64,000 nucleotides of DNA, from assembly GCA_016748015.1 (NCBI GenBank), contig JAAOMT010000222.1, positions 189,924 to 253,923 on the forward strand, written 5' to 3'. Source of the stretch: Geosiphon pyriformis uo1 (lineage: Eukaryota; Fungi; Glomeromycota). Made by a program: the position numbers and the translations under genes. The notes below the pieces were generated by a model. That model saw only the letters and a program-made list of their open reading frames with translations, ran no database searches and had not been told where the DNA came from. Numbering within the stretch: the stretch's first letter is position 1; each line of letters opens with the position of its first letter. Positions 1-11,700 of this stretch are shown piece after piece.

Positions 1-2731
1 TCTGTAGAACATGTGGAAAGCATATGATTTGGTTGGCTAGAAACATCTCAAAAATAGTTTGATCAGGATTAAGATGTGTAGCAAATTCATTTGTTTTTTT
101 GGCAACATTTACAATGATCAAACCAACTGGATTATGACAGATTTTGGTTTGACAGATGATTATCATGTACATGATGGTCTGGATTAAGGAGAAGTTTTCT
201 CCCCCCTTTTGTGGCAAATATTTTATAATTCTTTGTTGTGTAAAGTCAAGCATTAGGAGAGTGTGTGTGGATATAGGCTGAATTCTCATTTTATTTCCAA
301 GAATGGTCATGCCAAATCTTGGGCTGGGCATTCTTTCTTTTTTGATGCTGGTGTCTTTGTTGATAATATGATTTGGGTTGGTAGCAATCAAAGCACTATT
401 CAACATATTCTTAATGTTACCAGTGAATTTTTTCAGATCAATGATATCTCAATTAACAATAACAAAACAGTGGCAATTCTTATTAACAGCAGGGTCAGCA
501 ATTTTTCTTTTTTTATCAGTGGTCTGTCTATTTCAATCACCAAAAAGAGGAAGTCTCATAGATACTTGAGTATTTTTCTTTTAACTAAGGGTTTTTCTAA
601 ACCTAGTTTGGTAAAGGCACATTCAGATATTTGTTTTTTCACTAATTTGGTATTGAGGAAAGCTGTCTCAGATAAACAGTTTTTGTATTTGGTTTCAGCA
701 GTTCTTCACCCTATTGTAAGCTATAGAACACAGTTTAGCTTTGTTTCTGTTGGTGTGTGCAACAAATAGGATGCTTTAATTCATAAGGGCTTGAAGCTAA
801 AATCTGGTCTTTTACTGGACTTTCCTAGTAATACAATTCACCACCCCTTCTTTTATGGTTTGAAGTCTTTTTTGCAGTGCCAATTTGAGGGTAAGATTGC
901 TTCGCTTATCAATTTTGCAAACTCTGGTGGAATTTTGGGGTGCTTGTTCAGTCACAGATCTCATAACTTACAGGTTCTGTGTTGGTGATCTGTCCATCTG
1001 TTGGTTTTCTCTGCTTGTATTCGTGTCAATATTTCTAATAATTTCTTAGCTGGTATGGTTCACATTCTTTTTGACTGGAAGTTATCTTTAGGCGGCTCTT
1101 TGGCCAGCTTTTTCCAGTTTCATGGTGGAGTATCTATGTCTGTTGTTCTTAACAAGTCTTTGTTTTGCAAGTTTTTACCTTTTCTCTGACATTATGGCAT
1201 TGTCTTTGTGAACCAGCTTCATGATTATTATGGTAGTGTTTTTAGCTGGCACATCTTTAAGAAGTGGAAAAAGCTGGACCATCATAGTCCGGTTCTCAAA
1301 TAATTCGACCTTTCTGTTGTATTTCTTGTGGCTCCTTGTTCTTCTCTCTTGGCATCGGCTGGTGTTGGCTCTCTGGACATTTGTGATTCTAATGATTTTG
1401 TATCAATCTGTAATTGTCTTTTTCAGGTTAATGCTGATAGCTTGTCTGTATACACGGATGGTTCATTGAAGAATTTGGACATGATTGGTTGTAGAGCCAG
1501 AACTGCTGTCTTTTTTGAAGACATTAATTTGGGTTTGGGTGTTGGCATTTAAGGCTTAGTGTCATCCACTTTGACAGAACTGCAGGCTATAGCATTGGCT
1601 CTGGAGTGCATGCCTGTAATTCATTCTGTCCATCTGTTTTCGGATAGTCAGACAGCTTTGAATGCTTGCAAGTCAGAGTTTGATCTAGTATGTCTTGATT
1701 TTCACAATCAATGTTGGGTCAAGCATCGGCATATCAGGAATGTTATTTGCAGTAAGAATTTGAGAGTTAAATAGCACAAGGTTAAGGGCCACTCTGGTAT
1801 CTCGGGGAATGATTGTGCTGATAGCCTTGCTAACACTGTATCTCTCTTTGATTGGTATCTTCTTCCTCATGTTAGTGAATATTTTTTGTTGGCAGATAGT
1901 GGTGTTGTTTCTGGTAATTCTAGGCACTTTGTTCGTGATGTTTTTCATGCTATTTGTCATGCACATTGGGAGGTCAGTTCTGGTTTTGGATTTCTAGATG
2001 GTGATTTGCATTCAAATGTTGATTGGCTTTGTTTTTCCAGGGTTTGGCACCCTGATTTGCATATGGCCACTAATTTCACCAGCAGGCTGACTGCTGATAT
2101 TCGAACTTATCTCATAAAGGCTTTGCATCATTGACTTTCTGTGGCTGTCTGAAAGTACATTTACAATAAATGTTACCCTAGTGTTCTGTGCTTGTATTGT
2201 GGTAAGGTAGAGGTGTCTGATCATGTGTTTTCTTGTGTGGTTGATGATTCAGCTTATTGTCAGGTCTTGGAATCTTACATGTCTTCTTGGAGGGTGTTTT
2301 CTGGTCTCTCTCTTTCTTTTTTGAGTATATTGCAGCTGCTGTCAACTTGTGCTTTGAACTTTCTGGTTTCCTCAGCTCTTTACAAGAGTTTTGTTTTCAA
2401 TAGATGGCTCCGAAAGACTATTTCCATCTTCCATGATCCCAAAGTTGCTAGTGTTAAAATTGCTGATTTTGTGCAATCTATTTGTCTTACTTTCAGGAAT
2501 AACATTTGGTTGGTCCATACTAAGCATCACGTATTTATAGAGAAGAATGGTCTGATCTCAGTAGATGGCTCAATTCTTATCTTGGTTTCTGGTTTGGTTT
2601 TGGGATTCTTGGGTGATGTAATTAAATTGCTTGGTATTGCTGAAGCTTTTGGTGTCTGTTTTGGCTTTCGCAAGTCTTGTTCGTTTTTTTCAGGTATTGG
2701 TGACCCAGTTTCTGTCAATATATGTGTATAG
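1..2731 (+). pseudogene. LINE A ORF2 (RT-RNase H-zinc finger), multiple premature stops
   Basis: ORF-track fragments 263-769, 791-988, 1001-1189, 1328-1552, 1559-1774, 1886-2134 and 2192-2731 all lie in one frame, separated by stops. Confidence 0.9.
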
Positions 2732-2862
2732 TGTAGTCCTAACTGGCTCGAATGGCTGGTCATGTGTAGAAAATGCATGATTCACACTTAGTTTAGATCA
2801 TTTCCTTGATGTATAGTTCTAAGTGGTGTTTAGATCTCACTCATTAAATAAATAAATAAAAA
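1..2862 (+). mobile_element. LINE A: 3' part of a non-LTR retrotransposon (RT, RNase H, C-terminal CCHC finger, 3' UTR, (TAAA)n/A tail); degenerate, continues left of the window
   Basis: RT motifs MWKAYD..., DGLD*GEVFSPLLW, GVFVDN. RNase H motifs VYTDGS, TELQAI, FSDSQ, KVKGHSG..GNDCAD. Finger CLYCGKVEVSDHVFSC. Stop at 2731, then a 3' UTR homologous to LINE B ending in TAAATAAATAAATAAAAA. Confidence 0.93.
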
Positions 2863-3003
2863 ATTACTTCTTAAAACAACATAAATATTTTTATTAAATG
2901 CTTTAATTATAAAAAAATTAATAATTAGTATTTGATTTAAATGTTTTTTTAAAGATATATTTATATATAACTTTATTATAATAATTAACTATTAAAACTT
3001 TTT
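2863..3003 (-). mobile_element. LINE D relic, left fragment (endonuclease region); host of the LINE A and LINE B insertions
   Basis: Reverse complement aligns by eye to LINE B ~4960-5100 after allowing G>A/C>T changes, and continues the relic on the other side of LINE B (29188 onward). Confidence 0.6.
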
Positions 3004-3144
3004 TTTCTCTTTCATCCAAATTCTCCAAAAAGCTGTTTTTGAAAAAGAAGTTTTTTTATTTTTATTTTATTTGTTTTATTATTTTTAATTTTTCAAGCTA
3101 ATAACCTTTTTGTAGTAAACCTGGAGGCTGTTTCGAGTAACAGT

Positions 3145-4649
3145 ATGTTTAAAAAAAAGGCTTCAAAAGATGCCCTTTATGGTTCTGTTGATGGTACTTT
3201 CTTTCAAAAGAAGAAGGTTTCTGTTGGCAATATTAAACACTTTGGTGACAAAAAAAAATCTCTCTAATCAAATCTGGTGTTAATAATAATATATATTTAG
3301 ATATAAACAGTGAGTTTAGTAACAATGAGCTTAATAGTGCTGCAATGGGTTCAGGTGGTATTTTTTTCTTCAGTTTGGCTGTGACAACTCCCAAAACAAA
3401 GAGAGTCAATAATAATTTAGTTGATGAACCTCCTATTAGTACTATTGACTTTGGAATAAATAAAAATATAGTTTATCTCCTTCTTTTTTTTAATATCCTT
3501 CTTAACAAAAAATAAATTGATCCCAAAATAGTGAAAACTCAGGTTGAAGTGTCTATTAGAAAATTTTTTGCTTTGGATATTAATTTTTCAGCTGTAAAAG
3601 AGAAATCAATAATAGCAAAAACTTAGTTAGTTAGAAAAATTTTTCATTTGTCAATGGTTTTAAGAAAGTCACTACCTCTTCAAAATTTGAAGAGATCATC
3701 TGATCTACCTTCACATCAGAGAAAAACATAGAAAAAGCTATTTTATTGGCCAAAAAAAAGGAATCATCATAAACACCAATCTCAAGAAACAAGAAATGTG
3801 TTCAGATTGGGTTGTAGTTATTAAAAAAATTCCCATGAACATGTTAAAGGAAATGATTATTACTATAGTCTCTGAATTTAGTGAAATTAAGTTAATCAAA
3901 ATTCAATTGATTGGAATGTGGCAAAAGGCTGTGGTAGAATTTGCTAAATCAGGTCAGGCTAAACAATTGGCTGCTAAATAGTTCTTCTTGATTGAGAAAA
4001 ATTCAGTGCACATGACTTTGACTGTGAAAAATCATGATACATAGGCATCAAAAAATCAGTTCAGGGCTTTATTGTTTACTTTACCTATAAAAACAACTGC
4101 TCATAATTTGGGCACTCTTTTAGAAGGGGTTGGTGGTAAAACATATATTATTAATTGCTCACTTGATACTGACAACCAGTTTTGCTGTGCTGTGGTTGGT
4201 TTTGTATCTAATAAGGATTTGGATTCTGCATATTGTACTGAGCCAATATTTGGTGATATAAAACTTTCTTGGATGAGAATGGATCTGGTTTGGTGTGAAA
4301 ATTGTAGAAAGTTTGGTCATACTGTTTTGGAATATAATACAACAGCTGTGTTTAATCTTGAAATTCCAAAATTATTTAAAAAATCTGTCTCTAAGGCAAA
4401 ATGTTTTTAATTGGCCAAATTGTATGCTAAAAAAAGTGTTCTTATTTCTTGGCCCCTACTTTCTCTCTTTCTGTTGTTAATGGTGTTGCTTCTGATTTTA
4501 GTTCTAGTAGTTCAAAAGTCCTTACCACCAAGATTGGTAGTCTGGAATCAAAAATGGTGGCTCTGGAGGTGTCAGTTAATTTAGTTTTAGAAAGGTTAGA
4601 TCAGTTGTGCTTTGATGTGAGTTTTTCAGCTCTTTTTTTATCTCAATGA
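3145..4649 (+). pseudogene. LINE B ORF1 (RRM-like repeats, degenerate zinc knuckle, C-terminal coiled coil)
   Basis: Fragments ..VVIKKIPMN..GMWQKAVVEF.., ..LLFTLPIKTTAHNL..CAVVGF.., CENCRKFGH, LESKMVALEVSV..LERLDQL. Lies directly upstream of ORF2. Confidence 0.8.
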
Positions 4650-5477
4650 CAGATTTAGTTTGGAAGATTGCTATATGCAATGTTAGAGATATTAATGTTT
4701 CTGCAAAGCAAGAAGACATTGTTTATTGGCATAAGAATTCTGGTAACTTGGTTTCTATTATTACTAAGACAAAATTAAGGTTTAACATTAGACCATGAAT
4801 CATGAATAAGTTTAATGGAGTTTGAATTTTTACTTTTGGCCTGAATGTGGGTTTTTCTGGTGCTAGGGTTGCTGTTATTATAAACAATTCTCTGACTCAT
4901 TATGTATTTAAAGTAAAGAAAGTTCCTGGTTGGTTGATTTCTATACATCTTCTGTTTAAGAACAAGCTTTCAGTTACAATTTTGGGTTTTTATGCTGGTG
5001 CATCTATTGGTGCTTGTTTTAGCCAAGCTGCTAATATCAACTTTATAATCTCTAAAGTGGTTAATTCTAGCTCTTTTGTGGTTTTAGGTGGTAATTTTAA
5101 TGAAAATAGGTCCAAGAAGAATGCTAGCTTGAAGTTTTGCTTAGATTTGAGACTGGTCAATACTTTCAATAGACATTTGCTGGCCAAAGCTTCTATATAG
5201 AGCAATTCTAGAAGTGTCAAGAGAGTAATAGATTTTATTTTTGTAAGTAAAAACCTAGTATCTGTAATTACATTACATAAAGTTAATGATGTGTCAAAAT
5301 TTTTTGATACAGATCATAAATCAGTTTCAGTTTTAATTAGTTTGGGTGGGCTTTTGAATGCTTGTCTTATTAGTGTTTGTAAGCAGACCAACCGAGACTA
5401 GTAGAAGTTCAAGTTGGGAAATGCAGATAAAGTTCAGTGGTTGTATTTTAAGGAATGTTTTTCTGTCAAGTTGTTGG
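4646..5477 (+). pseudogene. LINE B ORF2, apurinic-like endonuclease domain
   Basis: Starts MTDLVWKIAICNVRDIN (NVRG-type motif), followed by GARVAVII, VLGGNFN (GDFN), IDFIFV and TDHKSV (SDH-type). Confidence 0.88.
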
Positions 5478-6446
5478 TATTACTAGAGATTTTTGGTCTC
5501 TTTTTTTGAATGTTGTTAATGTTTGTTTGTTGCTACTTTCACGTTTTCTGGAAGCAGTTGAACCTTCAATAACTGAATTTATCTTCAAATTATCTCCTAT
5601 AATTTAAATTGCTGGACTTATAAGTAAAATGGCCAATTCCTTACCAGTTACTTTATGTAGTTACATTGTAGTAAACATTAACTCTTTCCTAGGAATTGCT
5701 TGTCTGGAAGCTCACTAAAATGTGTAGTTACTTTGCTGTAAAAGTCAACTCTTCTACAGAAATCTCATCTGTAGGCTACCCTAATGATTATGATAAGAAA
5801 ATAAAAGAAAATAAAAGAAATATAAAAAAAATAGAATTTTATCAAGGAAAACGTTTTCTATCCAGGCCTGGAGTCACTAACAAATTACTGAAATTGGTAG
5901 TTAATCAATTTCAAAACGTTAATTTGTGTTGAGGAAATTTCAAGTGTAATAATTAAAGGATTTGGTTTTTAAATATTTAATTTTTATTTGAGATATGTAA
6001 AAAGTAATTTGTTCTAATTAAGATATTTAAAGTAAGATACTATGGTAAGATATAAGAAGATACATTTTTTTGAAGAGAGAAGCTTTTTTTTTATACAACT
6101 TGTTGTAGTACTAGTCTTTAAACTTGTACTTTTCTCTTTACTACAATCTAGGTAAACTAAAGATACATTTCGGCAAATTACAAGTTATTTTACTAAACTA
6201 TTGATTATTTCGGCGAATTTTTATTGATTTCGGCGAATTTTGACTATGTTAAATAGTTCAGAGTATTGTGTAATTTGATCATCTTAATTTCTATTGTACA
6301 AATCGGATTATTGATTAAGTAATAATATTTGATAATTTGATTAAATAATAAGTGGTAATCGAAATGATAATAATATATGCTAATTAATAATAGAAATTAT
6401 AAGGATAATTTCATGCTAATTAATAGCTAAAATTTTACAGATAATA
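5478..6446 (-). repeat. G1 3' LTR
   Basis: Direct repeat of 14381-15349; termini are decayed versions of TGTTACCAG...CTGGTAACA. Confidence 0.95.
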
Positions 6447-7091
6447 TAATCTTTTTCTCAAAACTGAGCTCTATTAAAGTCCAAGTACTATCTGTGATGT
6501 CAAGATAGTAATCCAAAATAATTGAAGTAATTTGGTCTGAAAATTGTTGAAATTTCAGTTCTGTAAGCTTTCCAATGTATTGAATCTTTATTGGATGAAG
6601 TATTGAATTTTGTAGAATGTTTTCACAAGTGTTGAATAACTCATAGAGTCTAAATGTGCTCTAAATTTGTAGCAAGTGTTTGTTGACCCAGCTGCTGTTT
6701 TGAATTCATTGTAAATTTGTTTCTGTATAGTCTCAAGAGTGATATTGGTTGCTTCAAGTTCCAGTTTTTGTTCATAAAGTGTTTTTCCAATATGAAAATA
6801 TCTATATATAAGGGTATGTTTATTATTCTGTTCATTGAGAAATAGTAGAAGTTTTTGTTGAATGGTGGCATTTGGTGGAATGTCGATAGGAGCAATTAAA
6901 AGGTTTTCTTTTAATGCTTGCTTCAAAAGTTCTGGTAATTGAATTCCAGAATGACCTCTTGTTTTTCTTTTATAGGAGTGATAATTCTGAGAATTATTTA
7001 CTATTGGAGCTGTGATTTCTTTCTGAATGTAATTAATTTGACTTCCATTAATTGTTATGAATAAGTCAAAAAGTGTTTTCAAGGCTAACAT
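6427..7091 (-). pseudogene. G1 ORF3 (unknown function), frameshifted near 6655
   Basis: Homologous along its length to G2 ORF3 (MLALKT..YRYFHIGKTL..IQYIGKLTELKFQQFSDQI); ends inside the 3' LTR. Confidence 0.85.
6451..6459 (-). promoter_or_regulatory. G1 polypurine tract GAGAAAAAG
   Basis: 4 nt upstream of the 3' LTR; identical to the G2 PPT. Confidence 0.85.
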
Positions 7092-7287
7092 TAATTTTTG
7101 GGATATTTGTTAAATATTTCGAGGAATAATTATGATAAAATAACTAATTAATAAGTAATTTTAAAAAGAATAAAGAAAATTATTTTTGGGTATAAGGTTT
7201 TTATTTGTTTTTGGGTTTGAATATTTCTTGTAATTATTTACTATTTTTGTTTTGTGTATTTAAAAAGGTTTTTGTAAAAATATTAAA

Positions 7288-8673
7288 TTAATTATTCAAG
7301 TTTGGTTGTTGTTTTATTATAACTATTGGTTCTAAATTTTGGGGAATATCTTCAGGATTAATTAAAGAGGAATATGTTTCAATTTGTGGAATTAATGGTT
7401 CAGAATTGTTTCTGGAATGATTGTGTTTCAATTTATCTCCATGTGCAACTTTTGTCAGTACTTTGTTATCAAGTCTTAACTTGTATGATCTATTGCCTAA
7501 AATTTCGTGAATATAAAATGGTTTATTCTATTTATGTTCAAATTTTCCACTCTATTGTTTTTTAGCCTTAGTTCTGTGTAAGAGAACTTTATTTCCCACT
7601 CTAAATTCATTAATAACTGGTGGCAATTTGTTGTTATGTCTTTCTTTTTGTTGGGCTTGAGAGTATTCAATATAAGTGGCTGCTATGTGTCTTTTTCCTT
7701 CCAATGTACTAAGGAGAATGTAAACTCTTCTTTGGAGTGTTTCTTGAAAGTTTTTTTTATTGATTGGTTGCACTAAGTATGTTTCTACTGTAAAGTTAAT
7801 TGGTAGTGTTGCTGTCCTTCCATAAGTAAAATCAAATAGTATGTGCTTCATAGTATTTTGTTTTAGTGTTCTGTATGCTAATAACACTGATGAAATAAAG
7901 ATATCCCATTTCTGCTCAAAATCTGTTGAGACCTTGGCTAAAGATTTACACAATGTTCTGCTGAACTGTTTTACAAGTCCATTTGTTTGGGGGTGATAAA
8001 GTGATGATAGAAATCTTTTGACATTAAATTGTTCACAAATTTCTTGTATCAAGTTGTTTACAAAATGTGTTCTTTGATCAGATAAAAGTTCAATTGGGCA
8101 TCCATGTCTACAAATAATGTCTTTATAGATGAAATTTGCTACTAATTTTGCATCTGCTCTTTGGATGGCTCTAGCTTTAAGCCATTTGGTAAGATAATCT
8201 ACTGCAACTGCAATATAATGATTTTCTTGGGTTGTAATAGGTAATGGTCTGACTAATTTAATTCCAACTCTGTCAAAAGATTGTCCAACTTTGATTGGAT
8301 TTAAAGATTTTGTGGGGCAAGTTTCTTCTTTTTTTTGACAACTATTACAAGATTCTATATATTGTTGAATGTCTTTTTGCATGTAAGGCCAAAAATAATG
8401 TTCAAGAGTTTTTTGAATTGTTCCATCTCTTCCCAAGTGTGCTGACAAAGGATCTGTATGCATATTGTATAAGATTGTTTCTTTTTCATTCTCTTGTATT
8501 AATCTGAATAGTTGGTTTGGGTTTTTGCGATTTTTGTAATAGATTTTGTTGTAGTATATGAAATATTGTTTGAATTGGTGTTATAATCGATGTTTTTTAC
8601 TTAAAGACCAATTTTCTGACATGATAAAAGTTTCCAAATAGTTTTTAAGGTTGTTGTAATTTCTGGAATCCAT
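7288..8673 (-). pseudogene. G1 integrase, stand-alone ORF (1386 nt)
   Basis: Own ATG (MDSRNYNNLK). HHCC motif (H..AHLG..CNSC), core (AVDYLTKW, LLSDQ, HPQTNGLV) and GPY/F-like region; no chromodomain. Confidence 0.9.
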
Positions 8674-8729
8674 TGTTGTTTTGTTGTTTTTGTTGGTAGT
8701 AGTAAGTTATAGTAGATTTGTTGGTGGTA

Positions 8730-11700
8730 TTAATCTTGTCTTATTTTTGAGAGACTATTAACATTGGTGTGTAGTTTTCCTAGTTTGTGGTGTACAATAT
8801 ATTTGTAGTCTGCTAGGAAGTCATTCCATCAAGACTGTTTGGCACTTTGTTCAGTTTTTTTTTTATTGAGCCATTTGAGGCTAATATTGTTAGTTATAAT
8901 GTCAAATTTTTTTTCATTTTTCAGATATTGTTGAAAATGTTTAATAGCCCAAATGACAGCAGCAGCTTCTAATTCAGTTGAGCCATATTTGAGTTCTGTT
9001 GGTTTAAGTGTCTTACTGGCATAGGCAATAACTTATTCTTAGCCATTTTTATTTAATTGTGATAAGATAGCACTAAAAACTATGTGTGAGGCATCAGTGG
9101 CTAGTTAAAACCATTTGTTGAAGTCTGAGTAAGCAAGAACTGGAGCTGTTGTTAATTTTGTTTTAAGAGTTTCAAAAGCTTTTTGTTGTTCTTTAGTTCA
9201 TTAATATGGCACGTTTTTGTTGGTAAAATAGTTGAGTGGTTTGGCAATCTCTAAGAATCTTTTTATGAATTTTCGATAATAGGAGGCTAATCCTACAAAT
9301 TTTCATAGCTCTGTAGTATTTCTGGGTGTTTGAAAGTTTTTAACAGCACTGATTGTTCCAGAATTTGGTTTGACTCCATCTTTGCTAACAATATGTCCAA
9401 GAAAAATTAAACTTGTTTTTCCAAAGTGACATTTCTTAATGTTTAACTTTAATCCTGCTTTCTGTAATTGTTAAAAAACTTTTTACAGATAGATAAAATG
9501 AGCTTCAAAGCTTGGTGAGTATATATTAGTGTCATCAAGATAGACAACTACTAATTACCATAAGAGTCCTTTATATACAATATCCATGAGTTGCTGAAAT
9601 GTTGCTGGTGTATTGCAGAGTTCAAAAGGCATAACATTGAACTTATAATTTCCTTTTTGGGTGGTAAATGCTGTTTTGGGTTGATTTTTTGGGTCCATTT
9701 CGACTTGTCAGTATCCACTTTCCAAGTCTAAAGTTGAGAAGAACTTGGCTTTTCCTAAAGCATCTAGCATGTTATCAACTCTTGGAAAAGAGTAGGCATT
9801 TCTAATTGTAACACTATTTAATTGTCAATAGTTAACACAAAATCTGATTTTTCCGTTTTTTTTTTGACAAAAACTACTGGTGAGGTCTATAGACTTTTTG
9901 ATGGTTGAATCAATCCATTATTGAGCATTTTTTGGACTTCCTTTCTGATAAATTGGTGGCTAGCAGGTAGAACTTGATAGGTTTGTTGTTATTTTGGTGA
10001 AGCATTTTCTGTGTAGATCTGATGTTAGACAATATTAGTTTTTCTCAGATCATTGTTGTCTTTTGCAAATATCTCTGCAAATTCAGCTATTAGCTATTTT
10101 AATTGTCTTTTTTGTTGGAGTTCTAAGAGACCCATGTTAATTTGAAAGAGTTTTTCTTTCAAAAGGTGGTAGTTTTCAGTAATAGGAATAATATTTGAAT
10201 TTGGAAATAAAGTATGTCTTACAATTTCGATAAAATTAGAAACAATTTGAGGGTTTTCATCTTGAAAGATGTTATTGTGTATGATTCCAATCACTGATTT
10301 GTTTAATAAAACAATAGGGTAATTATTAAAGTTGTAGAATATAACTCAAAATTTTTTCATTTCTTTAGGAATATAAACGTTTGGGATTAAGATTTTATGT
10401 TTTAAACAGATTTGTTCATTGGATTCAAAGATTTGTTAAGTAATAGTGAGTTTTGAGCAAGTGTAAATTTTGTGATGTTCTCCAAAAGATAAAATAGTAA
10501 TTGGTTGGAGAAGTTGAAGAATCTGGTAAGATTCATTCCATGCATTAAGAGCTATGTTTACTGACACTGTAAATTGTCCAGTTGAACCAAAACCTTGAAT
10601 TTCTCTTTTACTTTTTCCCAATTGTTCTCTGTTTTTAACTGATTGTAAACCTGAAATGTTGATTAAGAGTAAGTAAATTGTTTGGGCAATCTTTTCAGCA
10701 TGTTCAATCCTGAATGGTTTGTCTGTTTCATTCTGTAACATGATGGTAATGTCTCCAGTATATTCTGCATCTATGACTCCTCCTCTAATATTGATTCTTT
10801 TGTTTGCCAATAATAATTAAGAAGCAATTTGTATCATTGTTCCTGGTGGTATTTCAAGAGCAATTTTAAGGTTGATTTTGGTTAAAGATTTTGGTTGAAA
10901 AACCAAAGTGTTTTTGTCAGGATATCTGAGATTGTATTCTGCATCAATTTCATGGACTTTTTCTGGTTTTATTCCTTGTCTATTGTTGTCAAAGTATTTG
11001 AGTTGTATAGCAGACTGGTTTTTAGTAAGATAGATTGGTGTTGTTGCAATTTCTTTTTTTGTTTTTAGTTTTCCAAATTCAATTTCTTCCTGGTTATTTT
11101 TACTGGGCAGGGGAATACTAAGAGCATAGTATTTTGGTCATCATTTGTCATCACAAGGCATGATGTATTCTTCACACAATTGAATATTTATTTGCTCTAA
11201 TCATTGAATTTGAACTTCTTAAATTGGATATATGTGGCTTGCAATTTGGTGATATGTCTCTACTTCATCTTCATAGTTGAATCCAGTTAATTCCATTGTA
11301 TATTCAATGTACTCAGTTTCTTTTATTTGTCAGACATCTTCCTGTATGGCTTTATTAATTAAAGTCATTGCTAAATTAAAAATCATTTCAGCATTATGCA
11401 GATAGTGGTAAAGTTTGTTGAGAGCACTGTTGTATGCTGTATTAAAAGGTGTTCCTCTTTTAACTTTTTCTGAAATTGATAGGGCATATTAACAGGTTTG
11501 GTTACATATTCCTCCTTTTATTGCAACATCAATTCAGTTGTATTCTTCTAGTAGCATATATCCATATGTAAGACAAGAAGTGTTGTCCCATTTTCCACTC
11601 CTTTTGGGATATCCAAATTGTTCTCTATGGCATGTTTTACAAAAGTAGCAGATACGAGTTTTATATTCTTCTTCTGAAAAAATACATGCTCCCATTGATA

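Noticed and set aside
2995-3010. TSD for LINE B
   Set aside because: Both ends fall in A/T homopolymers; no duplication could be read.
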